This document shows positions 10,651 through 22,217 of a DNA stretch of 64,000 bases, one piece after another. The stretch is from assembly GCA_963779405.1 (NCBI GenBank), contig CAVZYF010000005.1:482721-546720 (forward strand). The letters are read 5' to 3'. The notes under the pieces are model-generated. The model saw nothing but the letters and a program-made list of their open reading frames with translations, had not been told where the DNA came from and searched no databases. Position 1 is the stretch's first letter. Every line of letters begins with the position of its first letter. The position numbers were made by a program, and so were the translations under genes. This stretch comes from an uncultured Solirubrobacterales bacterium. GTDB taxonomy: Bacteria; Actinomycetota; Thermoleophilia; Solirubrobacterales; Solirubrobacteraceae.

Positions 10651-12427
10651 CTTGCAACGTCCGCCGTGCAGTCGGTAGACGGTCATTTCCGGGCCCGGGC
10701 GGTGGAAGGCGAGCGGGTAGTAGTCGAACGTCCAGTCGAAGTTGAAGTTGACCGGGCCCTTCCCCGAGCTGTAGGGCGAGACGTGGTAGACGACTTCCCC
10801 CTGCTTTGCCAGTTCCCGGTAGTAGGCGATCGCGTGCGGCACCACCTTCGGATCGGCAAACGCGCGCCCGGCCTGGGTGTAGCCGCTCACCACCCAGCAG
10901 TAGCCCTCCCGCTCGTAGTAGCCGATCAGCGCCGGGCCGAGCGTGCGCTCGTAGTCTTCCAGCAGCGACCGTCCGATGCGCCGGTTCGGGCGCTGCCGGT
11001 CGCGGGGTTCAGCACCACCCGCAACGTCGGGTACTTGATCCAGCGCGGGTGGGCGGCGCCAAGCCCGCCGGTTTCGTCCAGCCACGCGTTCGGTACGACC
11101 GGCTCGACGACGATCTTCGCGCCCGCGGGTATGTGCTCGACCACCCACGCCCGCGTGAGGTTGCGCGTGTCGGCGCGCGAGAGCACCAGGCCCGAGTGGA
11201 TGCTGTACACGAGGCCCTGCGCGACCAGCGCGATCACCGCCAGCGCGGTGAAAGCGGCCGAGGCGTCACGCAGCCGTGGCGCGCGTCGTGACGCCCAGCC
11301 GGCCACTTCCAGCGCGAAGCTCGCGGCCAGCAGACAGGCGACCGGGAAGATCGGCAGCAGCCAGCGGCCGAAGTAGCGTCCCTGCAGGCTCAGGAACAGC
11401 AGGTAGAGCACGGCGACCGGCACGAGCACCCAGCCGACCCGCCGCTGCTCTGCGCCAGATGCTCACTGCCCCGCCGAGCGCCGCCAGCGCGGGAATCCAG
11501 CCGAGCCCCCACGTGAACGACCATAGGTAGTAGACGAAGCCACCCTGCTGCGGCCCGCCGATCCATGAGGCCCGCGACTGTTCGGTGTAGCTGCGACTGG
11601 ACTTCCAGTTCTGCTTTGAAGGCGTGGAAGTCGAGCAGCGAATACGGGTTGGCGATCAGGTACGCCGCCAGCGCGGCTGTCAGCGCGACCCCATGCCGAT
11701 CGCCACGTACCGGCGGCCGGCCGGCCTTGCGCGGCGGTCCGTCCGATCCTCGTCGGTCCCCCCTTCGGTCTCGCCTCTCCCGTCGCGGTATTGCGCCGCC
11801 GCCGCGGCCAGCAGCGGCAGGATCATCACGCCCGCCGTGTACTTCGTCGCGGTGGCCAGGCCCAGGCCGATCCCCGCCAGCAGGTAGTCCACCATCCGTC
11901 CCCGTCGCAGAACGCCGGCGCGTGCCCAGCAGCGAGAGCGTCAGTCCAACCAGCGTCGGCGCGTCGTTCAGCGCGAGGTGTCCGTAGAAGACCGGTAGGA
12001 AGGCCACCGCCATCACCGCGCTCGCGAGCAGGCCGACGGCACGATCGAACAGGCGCGCGCCGAGGAGATAGAGCAGCCACACCGAAACCGTCCCGAGCAG
12101 CGCGACCGTGATCCGGGCCAGCAGAAACAGGCGATCGGGGTGCAGCGCGAATTCGCGTGTGACCGAGGAGCGTGAGCCCAATCCGATGAGGCCGAACCAG
12201 ACGCCGAAGACGACGTGCAGCAGGTAGGTCAACGCAGGCGGGTTGACGAAGTAGTGGGGGTTCAGCCCGTGGTCGAACATCGCCACCGCCTCCGGCACGA
12301 AGTGCCCGTACTCGTCGACGTCGTACACGTACGGCAACCCCTGCTTTATGCCCCACAGGCGCAGCGCAAAGGCCACCACGAGCACGACCGACAGCGGACC
12401 CCAATAGCGCCATCGCCCGTTGTGCAT
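10640..12427 (-). CDS. GT-C membrane glycosyltransferase (GT39/ArnT/PMT_2-like) with extracytoplasmic C-terminal domain (several frameshifts)
   Basis: TM1-LRLWGI, YDVDE loop, NPHYFVNPP, LATATKY, GRWLLP, many TM segments. Confidence 0.8.
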
Positions 12428-12441
12428 CGCCTGCCATCCTA

Positions 12442-12471
12442 TGCGCCCGCGCGGCTCCCCGCGCGGGCGCA
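12442..12471. repeat. Perfect 13-bp inverted repeat between divergent GT-C and GH genes
   Basis: TGCGCCCGCGCGG-ctcc-CCGCGCGGGCGCA. Confidence 0.85.
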
Positions 12472-12477
12472 GGGAAA

Positions 12478-12505
12478 CGCAACTTTGCGGCGTATAGGCT
12501 GTTTC
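12478..12505 (+). promoter_or_regulatory. Putative ECF-sigma-type promoter CGCAACTT-N15-GTTTC
   Basis: Same motif and spacing recur at 13583-13610. Confidence 0.5.
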
Positions 12506-12506
12506 G

Positions 12507-13569
12507 ATGGCCGTGTTCACGACTCTGGGTATCACGACCTCCCGCCCCCGCCTCGCTTTCGCCGCCGCGCTGCTGCTCTGCGTCTGCTCGCTCGCGCTCG
12601 GCGCCGCCGTCGGCGTCCCCGCAGCGCTGTCGGCGGGCTCGAAGAGCCGGTCCCACTCGCCCAGGGCCCACGCCGCCGCCTTGTTCAAGGTCGGCATCGC
12701 CGACGAGGGGACCGAGATGTTCTCCGACCCGCTGTGGCAGCAGCTGCACACCCACATCACCCGCTACATCGCCCCCTACGACGCAGCGGTCCGTGGCTAC
12801 TCGTTGACGAAGGCGAGGCAGTGGATCGCGGCAGCCGAAGCTCAGCATCAGCAGGTGCTGGTGGCCTTCTACCACTCCGAGTACACGCCGACACGCATGC
12901 CGAGCATCAGAACCTACGAACAGGACACGAAGAAGTTCATGCAGGCGTTCCCGCACGTCCATGAGTACCAGCCCTGGAACGAGACCAACCGGGGCAACGT
13001 CCGCTACAGCTACGAGCAGTACAACAGCCCCACGGCGGTCGAATCGGCCAAGTACTACCAGGCGCTCAGACGCGTCTGCCCCCATTGCACGATTCTCGGC
13101 CTGGACATCCTCGACCAGAACCAGGTCGCTCCGACGCTCACCTACATCGCTGAATTCAAAGCCGAGCTGCGTCATCTGCGCGTGCCGACGCCGACGCTCT
13201 GGGGGCTGCACAACTACTCCGACACCAACCGCTTCTCGAGCGAACGCACGCGCGCGATCCTCGGCGCGGTGCCCGGAGACGTGTGGCTGACCGAGACCGG
13301 CGGGATCGTGAAATTCGGCGGCGCCTTCCCCAACAACCACGGCTCGGGCCTCGCGCGCGCGGCGAAAGCGCTCGGCTTCATGTTCGCGATCGCCTCCTCG
13401 CAACCCCGCATCAAGCGCCTGTACATCTACCAGTGGACCGGCGGCACGATCCTCGACGATCTTCGACTCGGGGCTGACCGACGCCCATCACCGTCCGCGA
13501 CCGGGCTACGTGATCGTATGCGCGCACCTGCACGGGGCGCACTGCAAGGTCAAGGTCAGCTCGCAGTAA
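12507..13569 (+). CDS. Secreted clan GH-A-like (GH39/GH5-like) TIM-barrel protein 1 (frameshift ~13455)
   Basis: Signal peptide; VGIADE, QPWNETN (acid/base), CPHC, WGLHNY, VWLTETGG (nucleophile), RLYIYQW. Confidence 0.75.
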
Positions 13570-13582
13570 GCGCTTCAGAGCG

Positions 13583-13610
13583 CGCAACTTCCCGATCGCC
13601 AGGGTGTCTC
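13583..13610 (+). promoter_or_regulatory. Putative ECF-sigma-type promoter CGCAACTT-N15-GTCTC
   Basis: AAC...TC architecture; matches 12478-12505. Confidence 0.5.
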
Positions 13611-13691
13611 AGCGTACGGCCGGCTCGTCCGCGAGCATGTCTACGCTACCCCGTCCCCCCCGCCAGCAAGCAACGATCGAATCGAGGGCCA

Positions 13692-15149
13692 ATGTCGCGT
13701 ATCCGCATCCTTCTTTGTGCAACCCTCGCCTGCTCGGCGCTCGCCTGCGGCGCGATCGGTGCCGGCCAGGCGACAGGCCTCGGCCAGTCAGAAGCTCTAC
13801 TTCGAGGGCTCGAGCGACCTGCTGGAACCGATCCACCCGCCCCGCGGCGCTCGTCGCAGCTGCAGACGCTCGGCGTGAAAGCTCTGCGCGTGGAGCTCAA
13901 CTGGTACTCGGTCGCGCCCGCCCCCACCAGCGCGACGAAGCCGAGCTTCGAAGCGACTAACCCCGGCAACTACGACTGGGGCCAGTACGACGTGCTGCTC
14001 GCCGAAGCTAAGCGGCTGGGCTGGCAGGTGCTCCTGACCGTGACCGCGCCGGCGCCGAGCTGGGCCACGGCGAACCACAAAGCCCCTTACACCTACCGAC
14101 CCGACCCTCTCGACTTTCAGGAATTCATGACCGCCGTCGCGCGCCACTACGGCTCGGAGGTCTCGCTCTACTCGATCTGGAACGAGCCCAACGAGCCCGC
14201 CTACCTGACGCCGCAGTGGAGCTCCAGCGGCAAGCCCGTCTCGGGACGCATCTATCGCGGCCTCTACCAGGCCGGCTACGCGGGGCTGCAGGCGGCCGGG
14301 ACTGGCGCATCCACGGGTGCTGTTCGGCGAGACGGCGCCGGTCGGCTACGACACCGTCAACATCCGCAAGGAAAAATCGAAAGCGCTGCTGCACCCGGTG
14401 GCGCCGCTGGCGTTCATGCGCGAAGCGCTGTGCCTGAACGCTAAGTACAGGAAATCGGGCTCCTGCAGCGAGCTGCAGATGACCGGCTACGCCCACCACG
14501 CCTACTTCCCGGCGGCCGGTCCCAAATATGTCTGGCCGCAGAAGGACAGCGTGACGATCGCCTCGCTCTCGCGCCTGTCAAACGCGCTGAACCTGGCCGC
14601 GCGGGCGCACGCGATCCCGGGGGGCGTGCCGATCTACCTGACCGAGTTCGGCGTCAACAGCAAGCCGAACAAGTACGAAGGCGTCTCGGCCGCCAAGCAG
14701 GCCGAATACGACGCGATCGCCGAGCACATGGCCTACTACAACCCGCGCGTGGCGGCCTTCTCGCAGTATCTGCTCAAAGACGACCCGCTCGGCGGCCCCT
14801 TCTCGGTCAGCGCGATCGGCGGCTTCGTCGGCTTCCAGACCGGCCTGGAGTACGTGAGCGGCGCGCACAAGCCGCTCTACTACGGCTTCCCGGTGCCGCT
14901 GACGGTCACCAAGCGCGGGCACGGCTTCTCGTTGTGGGGGCTCGTGCGGCCGAGCGACCGGGCTCGACAAAGGTGACGGTGCTCGTGAAGCTGAAGGGCG
15001 CGCACAGCTACCGCACGCTGAAGACGGTCACGACCAACGGCGCCGGCTACTGGTCCTTCAACTCCTCCACCAAGGGAACCTCCTGGCGCGTGCGCTGGGT
15101 GAGCCCGGCGGGCGTCAAGTACGAAGGTCCGCCGATCGGCGCCTACTGA
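13692..15149 (+). CDS. Secreted clan GH-A-like (cellulase/GH39-like) protein 2 with C-terminal beta-sandwich (several frameshifts)
   Basis: Signal peptide; LGVKALRVEL, SIWNEPN, YAHHAY, IYLTEFG, FSQYLL.DD, FQTGL; beta-rich tail 14934..15149. Confidence 0.78.
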
Positions 15150-15222
15150 TCGTCGTCCCGATGAAGCACCCGAATTCGGGCAAGATGCCGCGGTCCGGGC
15201 AAGCGGGCATACTGAACTTCGC

Positions 15223-16326
15223 TTGAGCGCGTCTGAACAGGTCCGGGCCCGACGAGAATCGCCGCGCCTGCCGCGGCGCTCGCGGCTGTTGATCAACACG
15301 GTGACGGTCGTCGGTCACCGTGCTCTTCTCCTACATCGCGCTCAGCGGCATCAACCTCAGCGAGGTGTCTCGCGCGCTGCGCACGAGCGACTACCTGTGG
15401 TTGATCCCGGCGCTGATCGCCTTCGGGCTCGGCGACGTGGCCCGGGGCCTGCGCTGGCGCTCGCTGTTCGCCCCCGGTCGCCGGCCCCCGCGCGGGTCGG
15501 TCGTGAACGCGACGATGATCGGCTACTTCTACAACTCGATCCTGCCCGGCGCGCGCCGGCGAAGCGGCGCGCGTGCTGGTGCTCAATCAGCGCAGCTCGA
15601 CGCCGGCGATCGAGATCATCGGGACCGTCGTGATCGAGCGGCTGTATGACGTGATCGCGATCCTCGTGATCTTCTTCGCCGCCGAGCACTGGCTGGCGCA
15701 CGTGAGCTGGTTCGGCGCGGCGGCGCTCGCCGCGATCGTGCTGGCGGGGCTGATCGTCGCCGCCGTGGTCGTGCTGGCGGTTTACGGCGACCGGCCGCTG
15801 CGGCTGCTGCTGCGTCCGCTGCGCCGGTTCTCGCTGTTCTCGGGCGAGCGCTTGGAGCGCACGATCGATGAGCTCAACCACGGCCTGTCCGGGCTGCGCC
15901 ACGGCACGGTCGCGCTGGAAGCCTTCCTCTGGACGATCGCCGCCTGGATGCTCTCGGCGCTGTGCGCCTACTTCGTCAGCGTCGCCTTCCACCTGCACCT
16001 GCCTTTCGCCTGCGGGGTGCTCGTGGCCGTGGCGATCGGCTTGAGCATGATCCTGCCCTCGCCGCCGGGCGCGATCGGCGTGTTCGAGGGCGCGGCACTG
16101 ATCGCGTCTGAAAGCCTACGGCGTGCCCCATTCGCAGGCGCTGCCCTACGCGCTCGTCCTGCACGCGGTCAACTTCGTCCCGTTCATCGTCGTCGGCGCT
16201 GTGCTGCTGCAGTACAACGCGCGCCACCCCGGTCCGAAAGGGGCCTGGCGGCTGGAGGTGCCGGACGACGAGCTCGCGGGGAGCGGAAAGCGTCGCCGGC
16301 TAGAAGGAGCGGGCGTAGCCGTCTGA
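15223..16326 (+). CDS. LPG-synthase-TM / flippase-like membrane protein (YbhN/AglD2 family; frameshifts)
   Basis: RGLRW, IGYFYNSILP, VIERLYD, LPSPPGAIGVFE, ALVLHAVNF. Confidence 0.8.
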
Positions 16327-17265
16327 ATCTGCCGATGGAGCGCTTTCGCGACGGCAAACAGCGCCGGCCGCGCAACCCCGCTGGCCGTGACGAGCCCCGC
16401 GTCCCAGGTGGACTTCTTCGCGCTTTGGGGGGTCCCGGGCGAGCGCCAGTGGTAGTAGTAGACGCGCGTGATCCGGGGGCTGATCGAGGCGAGCCGGAAG
16501 ATGTTCTTGGTGGACCACACCGCGTAGGCCTCGCCGTGGTAGATCAGCCGGCCGTGGAAGCGCCACCAGACGATGCCGCCGACCTCGCTGAACCAGACCT
16601 GGCCGTGGACGAAGGACAGCAGCCGTCTGATCGGGCGCGAGTTGTCGGTAGAGACGCTGATGTACGGGTTCAGCGGCCAGACCTTCGGATACGGGTCGCG
16701 CGGTGCGCAGGAACTGGCCGATCCAGGCCTCGATGTCGCCGTCGGCGTCGAGCGTGTCCGGCGCGGTGATCTCGCAGCCGGCGCAGTGAGAGCTCATCGC
16801 GTTGTAGTACTCGGCGGCGAGCCTGCGGATGGCGCGCGGTCGGCTGTCCGGCGTGGGTGGCCTCGTCCCAGGGGCAGAACTCGGTGACCCACGGGAAGAG
16901 CGCGCGGAAGCGGAGGAAGTCCTTCAGGAACTGGGCCTGGGTCGGGGCGCGGTCGTTGCCGTCGGCGTGCTGGAAGGTGATCAGCGGAGTGATGCCGGCG
17001 CGTTTGACGGCGGCCAGCCAGGTGGTCACGGCCGCGAGGTCGCGCGGGCTCGCGACGACGTTCCAGGGGACGACGTCGCGGGCGATGTGGACGCCGAGCT
17101 CGGCGATGCGAGGGTCGGAGAACGTGGCCGGTTCGTAGTCGGCGAGGCCGAACTGGAAGCCGGCGGCTGAGGCCGGGGTCGGTGCGAGGGCAGTGCGAGC
17201 AGGCCGGTCAGCGCGAGACAGGCCGCCAGGACCGCGAGCGCCGCCTTCGAGGGGATGCAGAGCAT
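16325..17265 (-). CDS. Secreted clan GH-A-like protein 3, paralog of protein 1 (frameshifts; 3' end approximate)
   Basis: Signal peptide; FGLADYEPATFSDP, CPWDEAT, CAGC, WPLNPY, VWFSEVGG, RVYYYHW, WDAGLV. Confidence 0.72.
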
Positions 17266-17289
17266 GGCTATGCCTTCAACAACGGCGCA

Positions 17290-19705
17290 GTAGCGTTCGG
17301 AGCGGTGCACCTCCTCGGCGGACTCGCCGCCGCCGGCGGCGAGCATCCGCTCCAGAAACAGGTGCGCCCCTGCCTTGGAGAGCGGTTCGTTGAGGTTGCC
17401 ACACTTCGGCGACTGCACGCACGAGGGGCAGCCCGAGGCGCAGGGACACTCGGCGATCAGGCGGTGTGCGTCGCGGCAGAGCTCCTCGAAGCGGTGAAAC
17501 GCGGTGCGCGTGATGCCGATCCCGCCGGGGTGGCCGTCGTAGATGAAGATCGTCGCGCCGCCGGTCTGGGGATGGAGGTTCGTGGACAGCCCGCCGATGT
17601 CCCAGCGGTCGCACATCGCGATCAGGGGCAGCACTGCGATCTGGGCGTGCTCGGTTGCGTGTAGCGCGCCGAGCAGCGCCTCCAGGGAGGCGATCTCCGC
17701 CGTCGCTCGCCGTCTCAGGCCGCCGCCAATCGTCGGATCGCCCAACCCACGCGGAGTCCAGCTCGAACCAGAGCGCCTGCGTGGAGAAGCTCGTGGGGGG
17801 CAGGTCGAGCGCGACCAGGTCGACGGGCGCGTGGTCAGACAGGCGCCGGCGCTGAAAGGCAAGCACCGTATCGGTGACGGCGACCTCACCGAAGCTGAGC
17901 GTGATCCCGAGCGGCGGAGCGGCGGTCGAGCAGGCGCTCGATCGTGGTCTCGGTGCTCGCGCTTGGGCTGCGTGTACCAGTCGCCGTCGAACGGCGCGAC
18001 CAGCGCGCGGCGGCGCTCCAGGTCGAGTTCGCGCACTTCGTAGGAGCGCCCGAGGTGCAGGTAGATCGCGCCCTCATGCACGGTTGAGTGGGCGCGCGCG
18101 GCCTCGGTCGAGCCGAGCAGCTCGCCCGAGGCGACGTCGACGATCGCGAAGCTGATCGGGAGAGGCCGAGCGCAGCGAGACTTCCGCGGCGGGGTAGCCG
18201 CCGGATTCGCGCGGGACATAGGTGCTGGGCGCCGGCCGGGCTCCATGCGCTGACCGGACCCCGCCCGCCCGGCAGCGCAACTCGCCCGCGCTCTGCAGAA
18301 CCTCGGCATGGGCCTCCCAGCGCGGGCCGAGGAACTCGGCGTCCTGGCCGGACAGCGGCCCCTCGTGCGCGGCGCACAAGAGGTGCCGGCGGAAGATCTG
18401 GGGAGTCTCGTGGTCGAGGATCGCCGCCTCGACGGGGCGCTCGAGGAAGTCGTCGGGGTGGCGGCAGAAGAACTGGTCGAGCGCGTCCTCGCCCGCGACA
18501 TACACCGCTAGACCCCGTCCGCGGCGCCCGGCACGCCCCCACATCTGGCGCAGCGAGGCGACGGTCCCGGGGAACGTGACGACCACCGCGGCGTCGAGCT
18601 CGCCGATGTCGATCCCGAGCTCCAGCGCGTCGGTCGTGATCACCGCGCGCAGCTCGCCGCGAACCAGACGACCCTCCAGGCTCGCGGCGCTGCTGGGAGG
18701 TGTAGCCGGCGCGGTAGGGGGCCACGAGCTTTGCAAGCTCTGGATCGCCGCCCTCCTCCAAGTCCGCGACGAGCAGCTTGTGTAGGACCTCGACGCCCTT
18801 GCGCGACTTCATGAAGCAGATCAGACGCGCCCCGTCGCGCACTAGCCGCGCGAGCAGCTCGGCCGCCTCCCCGAGCGCCGAGCGGCGCTTGCCCAGAGCC
18901 TCGTCGGTCAGCGGTGGGTTCCAGACCGCGATCTGCCGTCCCGGCGCCGGCGAGCCGTCCTCGTCGATCAGGCTCACGTCCTCCAAGCCCGTCAGGCGCT
19001 CGGCCAGCTCGACCGGGTTGGCGATCGTGGCCGAGGTGAGCAGGAAGCGCGGGGGCGGTGCCGTAGGCCGCCGCGATCCGGCGCAGCCGGCGCAGGACGT
19101 TGGCGACGTGCGAGCCGAACACGCCGCGGTAGACGTGGGCCTCGTCGACGACGACGACCGCGAGGTTCGCGAACAGCTCGGTCCAGGCGGGGTGGTTGGG
19201 GAGGATGCCGACGTGGAGCATGTCGGGGTTGGTGAGCACGACGTTCGCCCGCCGGCGGATGTCCGCGCGCGCCTCGCGCGGGGTGTCGCCGTCGTAGATC
19301 GCCGGGCGCACGCGCTTGGTCAGGCCGAAGGCCGCGAGCGCGCGGGCCTGGTCCTGGGCGAGCGCCTTCGTCGGGTAGAGGTACAGGGCGCGCGCTTTCG
19401 TGTCGCGGCAGAGCACGTCGAGCGTGGGCAGGTTGAAGCACAGCGACTTGCCCGAGGCGGTCCCGGTCGTGACGATCGTCGGGCCCTCCCAGGATGAGTA
19501 GATGGCCTCGGCCTGATGGGAGTAGAGGCGCTCGATCTCCAGGCGCGAGAGCGCCGCGAGCACTTCGGGGTGCAGCTCCTCGGGGGGGTCGACCAGCTTC
19601 GCCGTGGTGGCCGGATCCTTCGCGCGCCTCGCGCACGAGCCGTCCGTCCGCGCGCGCCTCGTCGAGCAGCGTGCTCCAGGGCTCGATCGTGCGTTGCAGG
19701 GCCAC
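17290..19705 (-). CDS. DEAH-box helicase with C-terminal DUF1998/MZB domain (Hrq1/SftH/MrfA family; frameshifts; 3' end approximate)
   Basis: [70 protein letters not shown]. Confidence 0.92.
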
Positions 19706-19725
19706 CGCTTGCGATAGTAGAGGCG

Positions 19726-20601
19726 ATGGACCCTCAGCATTCCTCGCGGCGCGAAGGCCCCAACGACCGTCTTTCCGCGCACACACGCGGTGCATGTACG
19801 TGGATCTCGACGGCACGCTGCTGGGGCGGGGCGCATCGCTGCTGAGAGACGGCGAGGGGAACGTGTCGATCGAGGGGGTGCGAGCGATTCAGGCGTGCAT
19901 GCGGGCAGACGTCGAGGTGGTGCTGATGGCGGGCGCAGGCGCGCGCAGGTGTTCGAGGACGCGCGGCTGCTGGGGCAGAGCTCCTACATCTACGAGGCGG
20001 GCGCGTGCGTGGTGCTGGACGGCGAGGAGCACTGGCTGACGGGCGACAGGAGCATCGGTCACAGCCGGGCGAGCTGACGATCGCCGAGCAGATCGAGCGC
20101 TCGGGCGCGCCGGCGCTGCTGCTGGAGCGCTACGAGGGGCGTCTGGAGTACCACGAGCCATGGCACGTCGAGCGCGAGGTCTCGCACCTGTTCCGTGGTC
20201 TCGTGGACGCCTTCGAGGTGGATGCGCTGCTGGCCGAGCACGGCCACGGGGATCTGCGGCTAGTGGACAACGGCGTCGTCAACCGCCGCTCGCCGGCGCT
20301 CGCGGAGCTGGAGCACGTGCGCGGCTACCACCTGCTGCCGGCGGGCGCGTCGAAGGCGGGCGGGGTCGCCTGGCACCGGCGCGCGCGGGGGTACGCGCTG
20401 GAGGAGTGCTTCGCGGTGGGCGACTCGCGCGAGGACCTGGCGTGCGCGGCGCAGGTGGAGACGTTCTGGCTGGTGGCAAACGCCGTTGAGCGCGATCCGT
20501 CGATCCGCGAGGCGCTGGCGAAATACGAGAATGCGCGGGTGACCGAGGCCGGCCACGGCGCGGGGGTTTACGAGGCCGTTGTGAGCACGCTCATGACTTG
20601 A
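19726..20601 (+). CDS. HAD-superfamily (Cof/IIB-like) phosphatase (frameshifts)
   Basis: YVDLDGTLL motif [22 protein letters not shown] motif IV. Confidence 0.8.
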
Positions 20602-20896
20602 TGATGCCCTCGCGCTTCTCCTCCTCGTAGAGGCGTTCGACGATGAATTCCTTCAGCAGAGTCTGATAGCCGGTGTTGCGCAGCGCGGCGAGCGCACTCA
20701 GCCGTTTGAGCGTGAACTGGTCGAAGCGCACCGCGATCGGCGTCGTGCGTCCCGGGCGGACGAGCTCCTGCATGCGCAGGGCCTTCTCGCGGCGGCCCTC
20801 CTGCGCGAGGAACTCCTCGGGATCGTCGAGGTCGAGTTTCGCCGTGGGGTCGAACATGGGCTCGGCCTTCGCTTTTTTCTTAGCGGGCTGGGGCAT
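20591..20896 (-). CDS. Ribbon-helix-helix BrnA/CopG-like antitoxin-family protein
   Basis: TTPIAVRFDQFTLKRLSALAALRNTGYQTLLKEFI; AAAGGAAG RBS. Confidence 0.75.
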   Translation of the reverse strand: MPQPAKKKAKAEPMFDPTAKLDLDDPEEFLAQEGRREKALRMQELVRPGRTTPIAVRFDQFTLKRLSALAALRNTGYQTLLKEFIVERLYEEEKREGIIKS

Positions 20897-20923
20897 CTGC
20901 TTCCTTTCTAAAGTGCGAGAGCC

Positions 20924-20948
20924 ATGGTATCTACTATATGTATACCAT
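20924..20948 (-). promoter_or_regulatory. Inverted repeat ATGGTAT-N11-ATACCAT enclosing a minus-strand TATAGT -10
   Basis: AT-rich patch directly upstream of the RHH gene. Confidence 0.6.
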
Positions 20949-20965
20949 AGGGATACGCGCTTGCT

Positions 20966-22214
20966 CTAACGATTTCGCCCTGTCGCTCGCCGCCACGCGC
21001 GTCGCCAGAACCCCGGCTGAGGTCGGCGCCAGCGAGCGGGCGGGGGCACCGTGGCGCGGACCAAGGCGACCCAGTCGTCCAGCGGCAGCTCCCCGGAGAT
21101 CAGCCGCCCCAGCGCGGAGGTGATCGGTGCCCGCCCGCCCGTCTGCGGCCCGCGTACTCGCCAGCCGCGCCGCTCACCGTCGCGTCCCAGTCTCGACACC
21201 TGCGCGCTCGAGCGCGCGGGCGAGCAGTGGCACCGACTCCAGCGACTCGACCGCCTGGCCGATACGAGCGGGGATCTCCGCGGCCGGCACGCCCGCGGCC
21301 AGGAGCTCGCCGGCGCGGCGGTTGCGGCTGTCGCGAGCCAGCGCCGTGGCGACCAGATCGCCGGCGCCGGCGAGACCGATCATCGACTCCGGCCGCGCGC
21401 CCAGGCTCGCGGCGTAGCGCCACACCTCGGCGAAGATGTGCCCCGCGGCCGCGCCTGCCGCGTTCAGGCCCTGCGCCTCCGTGGCCCCGGCCGCCAGCGC
21501 CGCGGCGTTCTTGGCGGCGCCCGCCAGCTCGACGCCGAGCGGGTCGTCGGACTGCTCGCAGACGACCCCCGCGCGCGTGAACACCTGCGCGAGCGCCCGC
21601 GTGAGCTCCTCGTCGCTGGAGGCGGCCACCAGGCCGGCGCCCTCGTTCACCATCTCCTGGGCATGCGCCGGCCCGCCCAGGCACGCGACCCGGCCGGGGC
21701 CGAACCTCGCGCTGAGCACGATCGTCGGCGGCAGCCCATCCGGTGGCACCAGGCCCTTCGCCACCGATACGACCGCCGCGCGCTTGTCCAGTCCCGCCGC
21801 CTCGAGCGTCGCGATCACCTCGTCCAAACCGCTCGAGGGCACGGCAAGGAACACGTAGTCGGCGCGCGCGACCCCGGCGGCGGCCGGCTCGATCCGTAGC
21901 TGGCCGGGCAACTCCACGCCAGGCAGGTAGACGCGGTTCTCGCGCTCCTGCTCCAAGTCAGCCGCTTGCTCAGCGGTGCGCGCCTGCAGCGTCGTGCGCA
22001 GCCCGCCCCGAGCGAGCAACACGGCCAGCGCCGTCCCGAACGATCCGGCCCCGATCACGGTCGCGCGCTTGGCGCCCGGCGTGGGCAGCGAGCGCGCGCG
22101 CGAGGCACGGACGGCTGGGCTCACGGCCGTGGTGACGTTCGCGGATGCGGCCGCGCTCGCCGGTGTGACGGTGCCCTGCGTACCCGGGGTCGCAGTAGGC
22201 TCGGGGTCGGTCAT
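20966..22214 (-). CDS. gpsA: NAD(P)H-dependent glycerol-3-phosphate dehydrogenase (frameshift ~21190; start uncertain)
   Basis: VIGAGSFGTALA, N.VYLPG, SVAKG, GGPAHA.E, GVELAGAAKN, GAGDL.AT, SRNRRAG. Confidence 0.9.
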
Positions 22215-22217
22215 CTG

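Noticed and set aside
12507-14444. 645-aa ORF joining GH-like proteins 1 and 2
   Set aside because: Frameshift near 13455 bypasses the TAA at 13567-13569; the second gene has its own promoter motif and signal peptide
15169-15203. Palindrome CCCGAATTCGGG and a CGGGCAAG direct repeat before the flippase-like gene
   Set aside because: Short, no second occurrence noticed; cannot be told from chance
17026-18501. Helicase C-terminus reading in frame into the signal peptide of GH-like protein 3
   Set aside because: A cytoplasmic helicase fused to a signal peptide is implausible; a lost stop from an indel is simpler
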